Of a DNA stretch of 64,000 nt, positions 63,851 to 64,000 are shown one piece after another. The stretch lies in assembly GCA_903851445.1 (NCBI GenBank), contig CAINOH010000024.1, positions 82,080-146,079 on the forward strand, in the 5' to 3' direction. Source of the DNA: an uncultured Candidatus Micrarchaeota archaeon (GTDB lineage: Archaea; Micrarchaeota; Micrarchaeia; Norongarragalinales; CAINOH01). Positions within the stretch are counted from its first letter, which is position 1, and each line of letters begins with the position of its first letter. Made by a program: the position numbers and the translations under genes. The notes beneath the pieces are model-generated. The model saw only the letters and a list, made by a program, of their open reading frames with translations. It did no database searches and was not told the origin of the DNA.

Positions 63851-64000
63851 GCAAGTTGGCCCGTGGGTCGCTGGCACCCCCGGGCGAGTTTGGTTTAACG
63901 GACAGGCGCATCAAAGCCGCAACGCTTTTTATGCACTAAGGGCATAAACATATCCAGAGCTAGTTATTCTGTTTTCAGGGAAAGTTAGGGGATAGTAAGC

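Noticed and set aside
63928-63948. 7-bp inverted repeat TTTATGC-actaagg-GCATAAA after a T run, about 80 nt downstream of the propeller gene
   Set aside because: It may be a terminator hairpin, but archaeal termination does not require hairpins and the stem is short. Too weak to call.
1-64000. Search by eye for integrases, transposases, rRNA, CRISPR arrays and cas genes
   Set aside because: None recognised. The only mobile genetic element supported is the intein in smc.

Overview
The window is a densely coded archaeal chromosomal segment. Support for archaeal origin: archaeal-type TrpRS and PheRS-beta, eS26, NAC, archease, Hel308, RNase Z, SMC/ScpA, a class III (pilin-type) signal peptide, an intron-containing tRNA, and A/T-rich TATA-like boxes about 25-35 nt upstream of tRNA and gene starts. 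A small-genome (DPANN-like) archaeon is only an inference.

Layout:
- 1-18 kb: envelope-glycan biosynthesis island with nucleotidyltransferases, a HAD phosphatase, a GDPD phosphodiesterase, several GT2 enzymes, many methyltransferases, a B12-radical SAM enzyme, an epimerase and large polytopic GT-C-like proteins.
- 18-29 kb: housekeeping genes (SPFH, eS26, trpS, pyrD/pyrK), two toxin-antitoxin pairs and three tRNAs.
- 29.5-35.8 kb: a second glycosylation operon ending in a signal peptidase.
- 36-52 kb: housekeeping genes (rnz, pheT, DEAD-box helicase, NAC, archease, Hel308), a third TA pair and a nuclease/transglutaminase-like pair.
- 52.7-57.9 kb: smc, interrupted by an intein.
- 59-64 kb: membrane/surface genes ending in a pilin-signal beta-propeller protein.

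I saw four tRNAs (one with two introns). I saw no rRNA, CRISPR array, transposase or integrase. Gene starts often use TTG/GTG, and 4-nt ATGA stop/start overlaps are common. Everything comes from reading the sequence and ORF translations; no searches were run. Family names rest on recognised motifs and should be confirmed with HMM or structure searches.
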